Position numbers and translations under genes: made by a program. The notes below the pieces were generated by a model, which saw nothing but the letters and a program-made list of their open reading frames with translations, did no database searches and was not told the DNA's origin. Below, piece by piece: positions 39,120-48,742 of a DNA stretch of 64,000 nt; positions within the stretch are counted from its first letter, which is position 1; each line of letters starts with the position of its first letter. The stretch comes from Akkermansia sp. (GTDB lineage Bacteria > Verrucomicrobiota > Verrucomicrobiia > Verrucomicrobiales > Akkermansiaceae): the NCBI GenBank assembly GCA_017558555.1, contig JAFYUJ010000057.1:45136-109135 (forward strand), read 5' to 3'.

Positions 39120-42100
39120 ATGATTAAGTGGATACTCAATAAAATCGTCGGGTCCAAGAACCAGCGCGAAGTGAAGAAACTTAAGCCCGTCGTTAAGAGA
39201 ATTATTGATATTGAGAAGGAATGGAGCGACAAAGATCAGGAGTTCCTGAAAGGTAAAACACGCGAATGGCAAGATTATCTGCATCGTTTCACCCCCTTGG
39301 ATGTGCCTTCCCGTGGTGTGATTCTGACGGCTGATAAGGAGCAACTTGCTCAGTACGCTGAGATTCTCAATACCCGTTTTGAACAGCTGAAAGATCTCTT
39401 CCCCCGTCTGCCCAAGGTGGAGGCCACTGCTGAATCTATCGAAGAAGCTAAGAAAGCCTTTGCTGAGATTGAACCCAAGTTCGACCGCATGCGCGCCAAG
39501 TATCTGGAAACGATTCTTCCGGAGGCGTTTGCTGTGGTGAAATGTGCTGCCCGCCTGATGTGCGGCAACGATATTGATGTATGTGGCACACCCGTAAGAT
39601 GGGATATGGTGCATTTCGATGTGCAGCTGCTGGGCGGTATTGCTTTGCATCGTGGTTTTATTGCAGAAATGGCCACGGGTGAAGGTAAGACCCTGGTGGC
39701 AACACTGCCCGTGTACCTGAATGCTCTGACCGGACTCGGTGTACATGTTGTGACCGTGAATGATTACCTGGCACGCCGCGACTCCATGTGGATGGGTGCT
39801 CTCTTTGGCTTCCTGGGCCTGACGGTGGGCTGCATTCAGAGCATGATGCCCAATGATGCTCGCCGCGAACAATACGCTCGCGATATCACATACGGCACCA
39901 ATGCTGAGTTCGGCTTCGACTACCTGCGAGACAATGGTATGGCCGGTACGCGCGAAGCTCAGGTGCAGCGCGGTCACTATTTCGCCATCATTGACGAGGT
40001 GGACTCCATCCTCATCGATGAAGCTCGCACGCCGCTCATCATTTCCGGACCTGCCGTGGTGGAACGTGAGCAGAAGTATGATGAGCTCAAGCCCCTCATT
40101 GAAAAGGTTGTCAAGAAGCAGGCGGCCCTGTGCGATGATCTCATGAAAAAGGTGAAGGAGTATGCCGCTGCCGGTGATTTGACTGCGGCCGGTCGCTGCC
40201 TGTACAAGGTAAAGCTTGGCATGCCCCGCAATGCTGCATACATGCTTTCTCAGCAGGATCCTGAGTTCCGCCGTATGGTCGAGAAGTATGAGCTGTTCCT
40301 TTACCAGGACCCCCGCAAGATTGAGCTCTTCAAGCTCAAGGAAGAACTTTACTTCTGCCTGGATGAAAAGACTCACGATGCAGACCTCATGGAGAAGGGC
40401 CGCGAGCTGATCAGCCCCGGGCATCCGGAGGATTTTGTGCTGCCTGATATCGGCACGGAATTTGTCAATATTGACGAGGATGAAACCCTGACCGAGCGCG
40501 AACGAGAGGCCCGCAAGACCATGCTCATGCGCAAGCTGGACGAAACCGGCGCTCGCTTGCACACCACCAGTCAGCTGCTCAAGGCCTACACCATTTATGA
40601 GCGCGATAAGGAATATGTGGTGAAGGATAACAAGGTGGTCATCATCGACCAGAATACCGGCCGCGAAATGCCCGGTCGCCGCTGGAGCGATGGCTTGCAC
40701 CAGGCTGTGGAAGCCAAGGAAGGTGTGGAAATCGAGGCCGAAAACAAGACCTACGCCACCATCACCATTCAGAACTATTTCCGTTTGTATGCTCGCCTGG
40801 CCGGCATGACCGGTACGGCAGAAACAGAAGCCGCTGAGTTCCACGATATTTATCGTCTGGATGTGCTGCCCATCCCCACCAACAAGCCCTGCATCCGCGA
40901 GGATTCCAATGACCTCATCTTCAAGAGTGCACGCGAGAAATACAATGCCGTGACGCTTAAGATTCAGGAGCTGCACAAGAAGGGGCAACCCGTGCTGGTT
41001 GGTACTGCCAGTGTGAGCGCATCTGAGTTCTTGTCTCGCATGCTTCAGCGTGCAGGCATTCCTCACGAAGTGCTCAACGCCAAGAATCACCAGCGTGAAG
41101 CTGAAATCATTGCCCGAGCAGGTCAGCGTGGCGCCGTGACTGTTTCCACCAACATGGCCGGCCGTGGTACGGACATTAAGCTGGGGCAGGGCGTTGCAGA
41201 ATTGGGTGGTTTGTTTGTGCTGGGGACAGAGCGTTATGAATCCCGCCGCATCGACCGCCAGCTGCGTGGCCGTTGTTCTCGCCAGGGTGACCCGGGTGCT
41301 TCCCAGTTCTTCCTCTCCTTTGAAGATGATCTGATGCGCAATTTCGGCGGCAGCGAGCGCATGACCAAGATGATGGACCGCTTTGGCATGGCTGAAGGTG
41401 AAGCTGTGGAAAACAGCCTCATGAACAAGATTATCGAGGGCGCTCAGAAGCGAGTGGAGCAGCGCAACTACATGTGGCGTAAGCATGTGCTGGATTACGA
41501 TGACGTGATGAACCAGCAGCGAGCTATCGTGTACGGCATGCGCAATGAAGCTCTGCTGTGCGAGGAACCCCGCATGATGATTTATGATGTGTTGGAGGAA
41601 GGTGCCCGCTTCAAGTGCGACCTCTACCTCAACAAGGACAACACCGGTTCCATTCAGCGTTCAGATCTCCTGCAGTGGGTCAATTCCACATTCCCCATGG
41701 GCTGGGGTGAGGAAGATGTTGATTTCGAAAACATGACTCCCGATGACGTGGCCGATAAGATTATTGCCCGCGTTCGCGAGATGTACGAAAAGAAGGTGGA
41801 AGGCGAGCGCGCCGACCGTGTAGAGCAGATGGAGCGCTCCATCATGCTGCAGGCTATCGACAAGCTGTGGCAGCAGCATATCACGGATATGGATGCGCTG
41901 CGTGAAGGTGTGCGTCTGCGCGCACAGGGCCAGCGCGACCCGCTCGTGGAATACAAGCGCGAAGCCTATGAGCTTTTCGAATCTCTCATGCACAACATCC
42001 AGCTGGAAATCCTCAATGGCCTTTTCCGCAGCACAACCAGTCTGGATGCTTTCGAGGAATTCCTTGCTTCTCTTCCCGGCAGCAATGCAGATGATGAAGA

Positions 42101-42491
42101 CAGCGATGTGACCGATATCCTGGGCAATGGTGACTTGCTTTCCGCTCTGCGTGAGCAGATGGAGTTCCTGCAGCGCCGCCAGCAGGAGATGGCCGCCCGC
42201 CAGCAGCAAGCACCTGCTGAGACCACGGCACCTGCTCCCGCGCTGGATTTGGACGAGGAGATGCCCATGAATGAATCGTTGAGTGGAGCCGCTGTGCCCG
42301 ATATGCCCATCGTCCCGGAGAAAAAGTTGGCTTTGCCTCGCAAAAAGGTGACCTTCAATCCCAAGCGTAAGGAAAATCTTGCGCCTGTTGTGATGCCGGA
42401 GGAAGCATTGGCTCCCGAAGGTGAAGGCCTGACCATGGGCAGCATCGATTCCGGCAATCTCTTTGAAGAACCCGCTGCGGAAGAGAAATAA
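39120..42491 (+). CDS. secA: Preprotein translocase ATPase SecA
   Basis: EMATGEGKT, VTVNDYLARRD, DEVDSILIDEARTPLIISG, TNMAGRGTDI, ESRRIDRQLRGR. Confidence 0.97.
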   Translation: MIKWILNKIVGSKNQREVKKLKPVVKRIIDIEKEWSDKDQEFLKGKTREWQDYLHRFTPLDVPSRGVILTADKEQLAQYAEILNTRFEQLKDLFPRLPKVEATAESIEEAKKAFAEIEPKFDRMRAKYLETILPEAFAVVKCAARLMCGNDIDVCGTPVRWDMVHFDVQLLGGIALHRGFIAEMATGEGKTLVATLPVYLNALTGLGVHVVTVNDYLARRDSMWMGALFGFLGLTVGCIQSMMPNDARREQYARDITYGTNAEFGFDYLRDNGMAGTREAQVQRGHYFAIIDEVDSILIDEARTPLIISGPAVVEREQKYDELKPLIEKVVKKQAALCDDLMKKVKEYAAAGDLTAAGRCLYKVKLGMPRNAAYMLSQQDPEFRRMVEKYELFLYQDPRKIELFKLKEELYFCLDEKTHDADLMEKGRELISPGHPEDFVLPDIGTEFVNIDEDETLTEREREARKTMLMRKLDETGARLHTTSQLLKAYTIYERDKEYVVKDNKVVIIDQNTGREMPGRRWSDGLHQAVEAKEGVEIEAENKTYATITIQNYFRLYARLAGMTGTAETEAAEFHDIYRLDVLPIPTNKPCIREDSNDLIFKSAREKYNAVTLKIQELHKKGQPVLVGTASVSASEFLSRMLQRAGIPHEVLNAKNHQREAEIIARAGQRGAVTVSTNMAGRGTDIKLGQGVAELGGLFVLGTERYESRRIDRQLRGRCSRQGDPGASQFFLSFEDDLMRNFGGSERMTKMMDRFGMAEGEAVENSLMNKIIEGAQKRVEQRNYMWRKHVLDYDDVMNQQRAIVYGMRNEALLCEEPRMMIYDVLEEGARFKCDLYLNKDNTGSIQRSDLLQWVNSTFPMGWGEEDVDFENMTPDDVADKIIARVREMYEKKVEGERADRVEQMERSIMLQAIDKLWQQHITDMDALREGVRLRAQGQRDPLVEYKREAYELFESLMHNIQLEILNGLFRSTTSLDAFEEFLASLPGSNADDEDSDVTDILGNGDLLSALREQMEFLQRRQQEMAARQQQAPAETTAPAPALDLDEEMPMNESLSGAAVPDMPIVPEKKLALPRKKVTFNPKRKENLAPVVMPEEALAPEGEGLTMGSIDSGNLFEEPAAEEK

Positions 42492-42514
42492 GTGGCTTTT
42501 CCTGACATTTATCC

Positions 42515-43579
42515 ATGAATGTTCGCTCGGCACTGGAGTATGTACCCTATTTCCGGGGACGCCTGTTCGTTGTACACATCGCACAGGAACTCTTAGCTGC
42601 CGACGAACTGGTGGATGCTTTGCTGGATGTCGATGCGCTTCATGAAGTGGGCGTGCGATTGGTGTTGGTAGCCGAAGGTCATGATACTGCTGCCTTGGCT
42701 CGTCGCGCCGGCACGTGTGAATTGCATGCGGCTGTGGCTGAGCTTCCGCTCAGTGATGGTGCGGCCTCTCGGGAACGCGTGCGAGAAATTGTAGAGCGCC
42801 GACAGGTTGCATTGGTCGCTTCCGGCTCTATTGGTCGATTTGATGAGGGTAGTGTCTCACTCGCCGTGGCGTTAGGCGCTTCCAAGTACATTTGTCTGTG
42901 GTCGGGAGGTGTGCCATACCGCAGTGGACAGCCCATCTTTGCCATCCGCGAAAGTGATGTAGAATCCTGCTCGGATTGTTCATACCCGGAAGCATTACAT
43001 GCAGCAGCTGCTGTATGCCGCAGAGGGATTGCCCGTGTGCACATGCTCAATGGTACGCGCCGCGGGGTATTGTTGGATGAGCTTTTCTCTGAGGAAGGCG
43101 TGGGAACCATGGTTCACACGGACTCCTATCGAGATGTCCGCCCCTTGCTGGAAGAGGATATCCCCGAGCTGCTTTCCATGATAGGACGGTGCGTGGTGGA
43201 TGAAAAGTTAGTGCCGCGCACATACGAATCCATCCGTGATGATTTGCAGAGCTACTACGTGTACACGCTGGATGATACCATCGTGGGGTGCGTAGCCATT
43301 TATCCCTACCCGGAGAACGCCTGCGCCGAGTTGGGTTGCCTTTTCATCAAGAAAAACTATGAGGGCCACGGATATGGCCGTGCCATGTGCCGTTTTGTAG
43401 AGAAAAAAGCCCGCGATATGGGCTTCGATTGGATTTTTGCTATCTCTCAGAGCGCAGTCACTTACTTCCGGGACCGTTTGCACTATGCTCCTTTGTCTCG
43501 CGATGTGTTGCCGGAAGCCCGCCGGACAGCGTTGGAACAAAGCGGCCGCAGCTCCGAGGTGTTCGGCTGCCGTCTTTGA
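42515..43579 (+). CDS. argA: Amino-acid N-acetyltransferase (shortened kinase-like domain + GNAT)
   Basis: YVPYFRGRLFVV, GVLLDELFSEEGVGTM, AELGCL, GRSSEV. Confidence 0.85.
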   Translation: MNVRSALEYVPYFRGRLFVVHIAQELLAADELVDALLDVDALHEVGVRLVLVAEGHDTAALARRAGTCELHAAVAELPLSDGAASRERVREIVERRQVALVASGSIGRFDEGSVSLAVALGASKYICLWSGGVPYRSGQPIFAIRESDVESCSDCSYPEALHAAAAVCRRGIARVHMLNGTRRGVLLDELFSEEGVGTMVHTDSYRDVRPLLEEDIPELLSMIGRCVVDEKLVPRTYESIRDDLQSYYVYTLDDTIVGCVAIYPYPENACAELGCLFIKKNYEGHGYGRAMCRFVEKKARDMGFDWIFAISQSAVTYFRDRLHYAPLSRDVLPEARRTALEQSGRSSEVFGCRL

Positions 43580-43604
43580 TGCCAAAAAAAATCAACATCT
43601 GCAC

Positions 43605-43632
43605 TTGACTCTTAGGGAAGCCATGATAGACT
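43605..43632 (+). promoter_or_regulatory. Putative sigma70 promoter of rtcB
   Basis: TTGACT-16-TAGACT with extended -10 TG, ~155 nt upstream of the ATG. Confidence 0.55.
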
Positions 43633-43787
43633 CCCGCTGCACACTTATTGGTTTGGTGTGTGAATTTGTGACCTATTTACCCGCGCAGGAAACGTTGCAA
43701 CCTGCTGGGATGCAAGGAAAACAGAGGTGCATTCTGTCGTGAGACAGAAAACAGATAACCTGATCTATATTAAACATTACTGACGAT

Positions 43788-44981
43788 ATGAATCTGAAAA
43801 TTTACACCGATACGGTGGATGACTTGGCGCGAAAGCAAATTTCGCGATTATTGGAACAACCCGCTTTTGCTGAGGCAAAAGTGCGTATTATGCCCGATGT
43901 GCATGCAGGTAAAGGCTGCGTGATTGGGTTTACCGCAGATTTGGGAGATAAAGTGATTCCGAACATTGTGGGCGTGGATATTGGTTGTGGTATGCTTACC
44001 GTCAATTTAGGCAAGAAAAAGCCTGATTTTGCAGAGCTGGATTCCATTATGCACCGAAACATTCCCAGCGGAATGTACGTGCATGGCGAAGTGGTGGAGG
44101 CTTTTGACGAGATAGATGCCCTGCAATGCCTGCCGCAGCTGAAAAAGGTAAACCGCTTGCTGTGTTCGCTGGGAACACTGGGTGGGGGTAACCATTTCGT
44201 GGAGGTTGATGTCGATTCCAAGGGCAACTACTATCTGATTATTCATTCCGGTTCGCGAAACCTGGGAAAGCAGGTGTGTGATGTGTATCAGAGCATGGCT
44301 GTTGATGTTCATGCCGGGCGCGCCAATATCAATGACATCATTACGGAATTGAAGGCGCAAGGCCGTTTTACAGAAATTCAACCGACCATCAATGCGCTGA
44401 ACCAGACACAGCCTTCCATTCCGGCTGAGCTTTGTTACCTGGAGGGTGAGCAACGTGCGTATTACCTGCATGATATGCGTATTTGCCAGCAATTTGCCTT
44501 GCGAAACCGCGAGGTGATGGCCGACATTATTGTGCGCCGTCTCGGGCTCGATGTGGAAGATATGTTCCATACAACGCATAATTACATTGACCATGAGAGC
44601 AACATTGTACGTAAGGGGGCTATTTCTGCTCGCGCCGGAGAAAAATTGCTCATCCCGATTAACATGAGAGATGGTTGTATCTTCGGTACCGGTAAGGGAA
44701 ATGAAGATTGGAATCAATCTGCTCCCCACGGTGCAGGGCGTATCATGAGCCGTAGCCAAGCCTTCAAACAACTCTCCGTGGATGAATTCCGAAAGCAGAT
44801 GGAGGGTATTTATACCACCTCTGTGAATGCGCGAACGCTGGATGAGTCCCCCATGGTGTATAAAGGACTGGATGATATCCTACAGCATATCGGCCCTACG
44901 GTAGATGTGGCAGATATCTTCAAGCCTCTCTACAATTTCAAGGCAGAAGAGGCTGAACCTTCGTTCAAACGAAAAAAGTAA
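43788..44981 (+). CDS. rtcB: RtcB family RNA 3'-phosphate/5'-OH ligase
   Basis: MPDVHAG, VGVDIGCG, GTLGGGNHF, IHSGSR, HNY, SAPHGAGR, DESPMVYK. Confidence 0.95.
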   Translation: MNLKIYTDTVDDLARKQISRLLEQPAFAEAKVRIMPDVHAGKGCVIGFTADLGDKVIPNIVGVDIGCGMLTVNLGKKKPDFAELDSIMHRNIPSGMYVHGEVVEAFDEIDALQCLPQLKKVNRLLCSLGTLGGGNHFVEVDVDSKGNYYLIIHSGSRNLGKQVCDVYQSMAVDVHAGRANINDIITELKAQGRFTEIQPTINALNQTQPSIPAELCYLEGEQRAYYLHDMRICQQFALRNREVMADIIVRRLGLDVEDMFHTTHNYIDHESNIVRKGAISARAGEKLLIPINMRDGCIFGTGKGNEDWNQSAPHGAGRIMSRSQAFKQLSVDEFRKQMEGIYTTSVNARTLDESPMVYKGLDDILQHIGPTVDVADIFKPLYNFKAEEAEPSFKRKK

Positions 44982-45006
44982 ATAAACAAGTCGGGCTGCT
45001 GCCGGG

Positions 45007-48000
45007 TTATAGAAGCTCGGCGGCAGCTTCTAATTTTTTGACCGAAGCCCTGCCTTTGATGGCTTGAGCCGGGGCAAAGACGGAGAGCCTGTATTCTGCG
45101 ACCATGAGCCCATATTCCAGCCATGCGGCAGCGTGCGGGTGGTGGGTGTACTTGTCGTAGAAATCCGGGTGGATAGCGGCGGTAAAACTTTCGATGCGCT
45201 CCAATTCGCGAATGGCCGGTTGCTCTTTGATGCGGCGCAGTCGTTCCTGGAAGCCACGGATGAAGCGTAGCAGGTCATTGTGCCGCTCCGGCGGTGTGGT
45301 GCTGAGAAATGAGGCTCGGGTAAGCCATTGCCATTCGCGCTGCAAATCTTCGGCGATGCGGCAAGCGTAGCGGTCCCGGCTTGCGGTGAGGCAGTATTCC
45401 CGCAGAGGCGTGTGTGCGGCTGCCAGCTGCTCCCAGATGCGGGTGTAGGTCCCGGCAATCGCATCATACAGGCCTTCTCGCATGCGCAGGCAGGCGGCTG
45501 CAAACTGCTCTGCTGTGCGCGGAAGTGGTGCCAACGTGGCATCCATAGCCGCATACACAGTATCAAGAGCATTCTGAGCCGGTTGTGTGCCGATGGTGCT
45601 GAGCGCCAGCTTGGCATCCATGCTGCTGATGGGTATTTTTTTGCGGATGCTGTTGATGAAATCGCCATGTTTGCAGAGAGCCAGGCGGCGAACGCCCAGA
45701 CGGTGCGCAAATTGTGCTTCTGCCTGGTTGGGGAAGACTCGAATGCTCGCTCGGGTTCCGTCATCCTGCAAGGCTGGGTACCCGGTACCGGAGCCCACAT
45801 CTACGCTTTCCGGGAGGTCTCCGCAATCCCATCGCGTCATGGGTGTGGAGGCGAATGTGCGCGCTGCTTTTTTGTGGAATCGCTTTTCTCGGTAGCCGGC
45901 CAGTCGCTCGCGCAGTTCATCTGCCTGTGTGCCGGTGGCCAGTTCATCCCCATTATCATTGCAAACCCATATTTTGGTGATGAGATCTGCGGGCAGACGC
46001 GAGAAATCAAATTGCTGGGCATTGCAGAACTTGCCACTGCGCTGCATGACGTATTCTGCCAAGGCTTGAGCCAAGGGACGGTCCGGTGTACGAGGTTCCC
46101 ACATGTCTGCAAAGGTATCTGCGGCTTCTGCAATGGGCATGATGAAGTTGCGCACATCCTTGGGCAGGGTACGCAGCAATATCTCCACACGTTCGGCCAG
46201 GTGTGCCGGTACACCCCATTCCGGTAGCCAGTCGGGGAATGTATCCAGCTGGTCAATGTGGACGCCTATGGTCACACCATCGTCTGCCTCTCCGGGATTG
46301 TGCGCATAATAAATGGGGTATTCAGCTCCGCCCACATGCCATTCATCCGGATACAGCGAGGTGGGGGCATCATCTTCCCCTTGGTAAACACATTCAGAGT
46401 AAGGGATGAAAAGCTTTTTCGGGTTCTTCTCTTCTTCTTTCTGGCGCCAGCGGTGCAGCGCCTTTTCGCTGCAACAATCTGCCGGGAGCAGGGCGTCAAA
46501 AAAGCGGAATACGCTTTCTTCGCACCAGATGAGGTCTCTGCGGCGCAATTTTGCTTCTGTCTCGCTGACTTTTTCCCGCATCTCTTCCAAATGAGCCAGG
46601 AATGGTGGAACACTTTTGAGCTGCATGGCGAGAATGCCCTCGCGAATCATGATTTCTCGGGCTCCGGCCGGATTGCATCGGGCGTAGCTGGTGCGGCGGC
46701 CATCGATGATGGTGAGTCCGCCGCAGGTCACTCGTTCTTTGGCAAAAACTTGTCCGCTGGCTTTATCCCAAGCAGCATCGTAGGCGTGGTGGGAGCAGAG
46801 CTGGGGGGCTATCTGCTCAATCCAGATGGGATCGAGTATGGCGGCGCGGCGCATCCACAAGCGGGTTGTTTCCACCAATTCTGCACCCATAATCCATTCC
46901 GGGCGCTTATTGCGGCGGAAGAGCCCCGAGCCCGGGAAAATGGCAAAGTCTCGCCCGCCCGCGCCGCGGTACACTTTGTCCTCGGGGCGCCAAATGCCGA
47001 ATTGCAACGGCGTGCCGGCCAGAATGGCGCGGTGCACCATGGGGGCCGTTGCTTGCTTGTCTTCGCTTTCCAGATCTGGAATGCTCCATTTCATGGTATC
47101 CGTCAACGTGCTTGCCAAGTCCTGCACCAGGTTGTGCCATTCGATAACGCGGAGGAAGTTGACGTAATTCTTGCTGCACCATTTGCGCAGTTGGTTGCGG
47201 TTCCATTTGCGCTTATCGCGGAACTCCAGTGTGGCGCGCCACAGTTTGAGCATGGACAGGAAGTCGCTGTCTGAGTCTTTCCACTGCGCGTGGGCTTGGT
47301 CTGCCTGCGTAGCGGCATCACTCGGGCGCTCTCGCGGGTCCATGATGCTGAGTCCGGCCACAATGACCAGCATTTCCGGTAAGCTGTGTTCTTTTTCTGC
47401 CTCCAGGAGCATACGCCCCAAGCGCGGGTCCAGGGGAAGCCTTGCCAAATGGCGACCGGTGGGGGTGAGGTGTTTGCGGCGGTCGATGGCGCCAATCTCC
47501 CTCAGCGTGCGGTAGCCTTCGTTGATGAGTCGGGAACTGGGCGGATCGGGCAGGGGGAACTCACCCAACGGCGGGAGGCGTAAATCGGCCATGCGCAGGA
47601 TGACTCCGGCCAGCGAACTGCGTTTGATTTCCGGGTCAGTGTAGGCATCTCGTGCCTCGAAATCGCTTTCATCGTATAGACGAATGCACACGCCTTCTGT
47701 TATTCGGCCGCAGCGGCCTGCTCGTTGGCGTGCGCTGGCTTGGGAGATGGGTTCAATTTGTAGCCTCTGAATCTGGCGGCCCGGCAGGTATCGTGAGATG
47801 CGGGCCAGCCCACTATCAATCACATAAATGATGCCCGGGATGGTAAGTGATGTTTCTGCAACGTTGGTCGCAAGGACAATGCGGCGTGTTCTCCCGTTGG
47901 GGTGAAAAATGCGCTGCTGCTCTCCCAATCCCATGCGGGCGAAGAGAGGCAAAATGTCCGTGCGAGGCAGGTTCAACGCCTCCAGCATTTCTGCACAATC

Positions 48001-48723
48001 TCGGATTTCTCGTTCGCCGGGCAGGAAGACGAGCACGTCTCCCTTTTCGTCATACTCGGAGAGCCATTCCACAGCGCGTGCTACATGGTCCGGGAGTTCC
48101 TCCTCGCTGTTCCGTGGGGGCATGTAGTGCATGTCAACGTGGTAGGTACGCCCTTCCACGTTGATAACCGGAGCTCCGCCGAAGAAATCGGAGAATGCGG
48201 CGGCATCCATGGTGGCAGAGGAGATGATAAGCTTCAAATCCTTGCGCCGCGCTAACAGCAATTTCATGTACCCCAGCAGGAAATCGATGTTGAGGCTTCG
48301 CTCATGCGCTTCGTCGATGATGATGGTGTGGTATTGCCGCAAATCTCGGTCATTCTGCGTTTCGGCCAGCAAAATACCGTCTGTCATCAGTTTCAGTTGC
48401 GTATCAGCGCTTGTTTTATCATCAAATCTCACCTGGTAGCCCACATAACCGCCTGGTTCGCATCCTACTTCTTCTGCAATGCGGCGGGCGACGGCCACGG
48501 CAGCCAATCGGCGGGGCTGGGTGCAACCGAGTTTGCCGCGGCAATTTCCGGCTACTTCCAGTGCAATCTTGGGCAGCTGGGTTGTTTTGCCACTACCGGT
48601 TTCTCCCACCACAACGATTACCTGGTGCTTTCGCAGAGCTTCTGCAATTTCCTTGCGTCTGCGGGAAATGGGTAAATCCGGATAACGGAATGTTTTACGT
48701 GTAGTGGTGGCTTCTTCCGGCAT
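45007..48723 (-). CDS. hrpA: DEAH-box RNA helicase HrpA
   Basis: GETGSGKTTQLP, TQPRRLAA, DEAHERS, SATM, TNVAETSLT, QRAGRCGR, long DUF3418-type C-terminus ending EYRLSVFA. Confidence 0.95.
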   Translation of the reverse strand: MPEEATTTRKTFRYPDLPISRRRKEIAEALRKHQVIVVVGETGSGKTTQLPKIALEVAGNCRGKLGCTQPRRLAAVAVARRIAEEVGCEPGGYVGYQVRFDDKTSADTQLKLMTDGILLAETQNDRDLRQYHTIIIDEAHERSLNIDFLLGYMKLLLARRKDLKLIISSATMDAAAFSDFFGGAPVINVEGRTYHVDMHYMPPRNSEEELPDHVARAVEWLSEYDEKGDVLVFLPGEREIRDCAEMLEALNLPRTDILPLFARMGLGEQQRIFHPNGRTRRIVLATNVAETSLTIPGIIYVIDSGLARISRYLPGRQIQRLQIEPISQASARQRAGRCGRITEGVCIRLYDESDFEARDAYTDPEIKRSSLAGVILRMADLRLPPLGEFPLPDPPSSRLINEGYRTLREIGAIDRRKHLTPTGRHLARLPLDPRLGRMLLEAEKEHSLPEMLVIVAGLSIMDPRERPSDAATQADQAHAQWKDSDSDFLSMLKLWRATLEFRDKRKWNRNQLRKWCSKNYVNFLRVIEWHNLVQDLASTLTDTMKWSIPDLESEDKQATAPMVHRAILAGTPLQFGIWRPEDKVYRGAGGRDFAIFPGSGLFRRNKRPEWIMGAELVETTRLWMRRAAILDPIWIEQIAPQLCSHHAYDAAWDKASGQVFAKERVTCGGLTIIDGRRTSYARCNPAGAREIMIREGILAMQLKSVPPFLAHLEEMREKVSETEAKLRRRDLIWCEESVFRFFDALLPADCCSEKALHRWRQKEEEKNPKKLFIPYSECVYQGEDDAPTSLYPDEWHVGGAEYPIYYAHNPGEADDGVTIGVHIDQLDTFPDWLPEWGVPAHLAERVEILLRTLPKDVRNFIMPIAEAADTFADMWEPRTPDRPLAQALAEYVMQRSGKFCNAQQFDFSRLPADLITKIWVCNDNGDELATGTQADELRERLAGYREKRFHKKAARTFASTPMTRWDCGDLPESVDVGSGTGYPALQDDGTRASIRVFPNQAEAQFAHRLGVRRLALCKHGDFINSIRKKIPISSMDAKLALSTIGTQPAQNALDTVYAAMDATLAPLPRTAEQFAAACLRMREGLYDAIAGTYTRIWEQLAAAHTPLREYCLTASRDRYACRIAEDLQREWQWLTRASFLSTTPPERHNDLLRFIRGFQERLRRIKEQPAIRELERIESFTAAIHPDFYDKYTHHPHAAAWLEYGLMVAEYRLSVFAPAQAIKGRASVKKLEAAAELL

Positions 48724-48742
48724 GAGGTTGCTGTGGAACGTG

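Noticed and set aside
38994-41486. 830-aa antisense ORF, and similar ones at 31393-33183, 1089-2378, 24224-25465, 25453-26436, 36258-37208 and 56004-56969
   Set aside because: Shadow frames opposite conserved genes (secA, rpoD, asnS, rhomboid/DtxR, rlmD, gatB, fucO) caused by codon bias; no motifs of their own.
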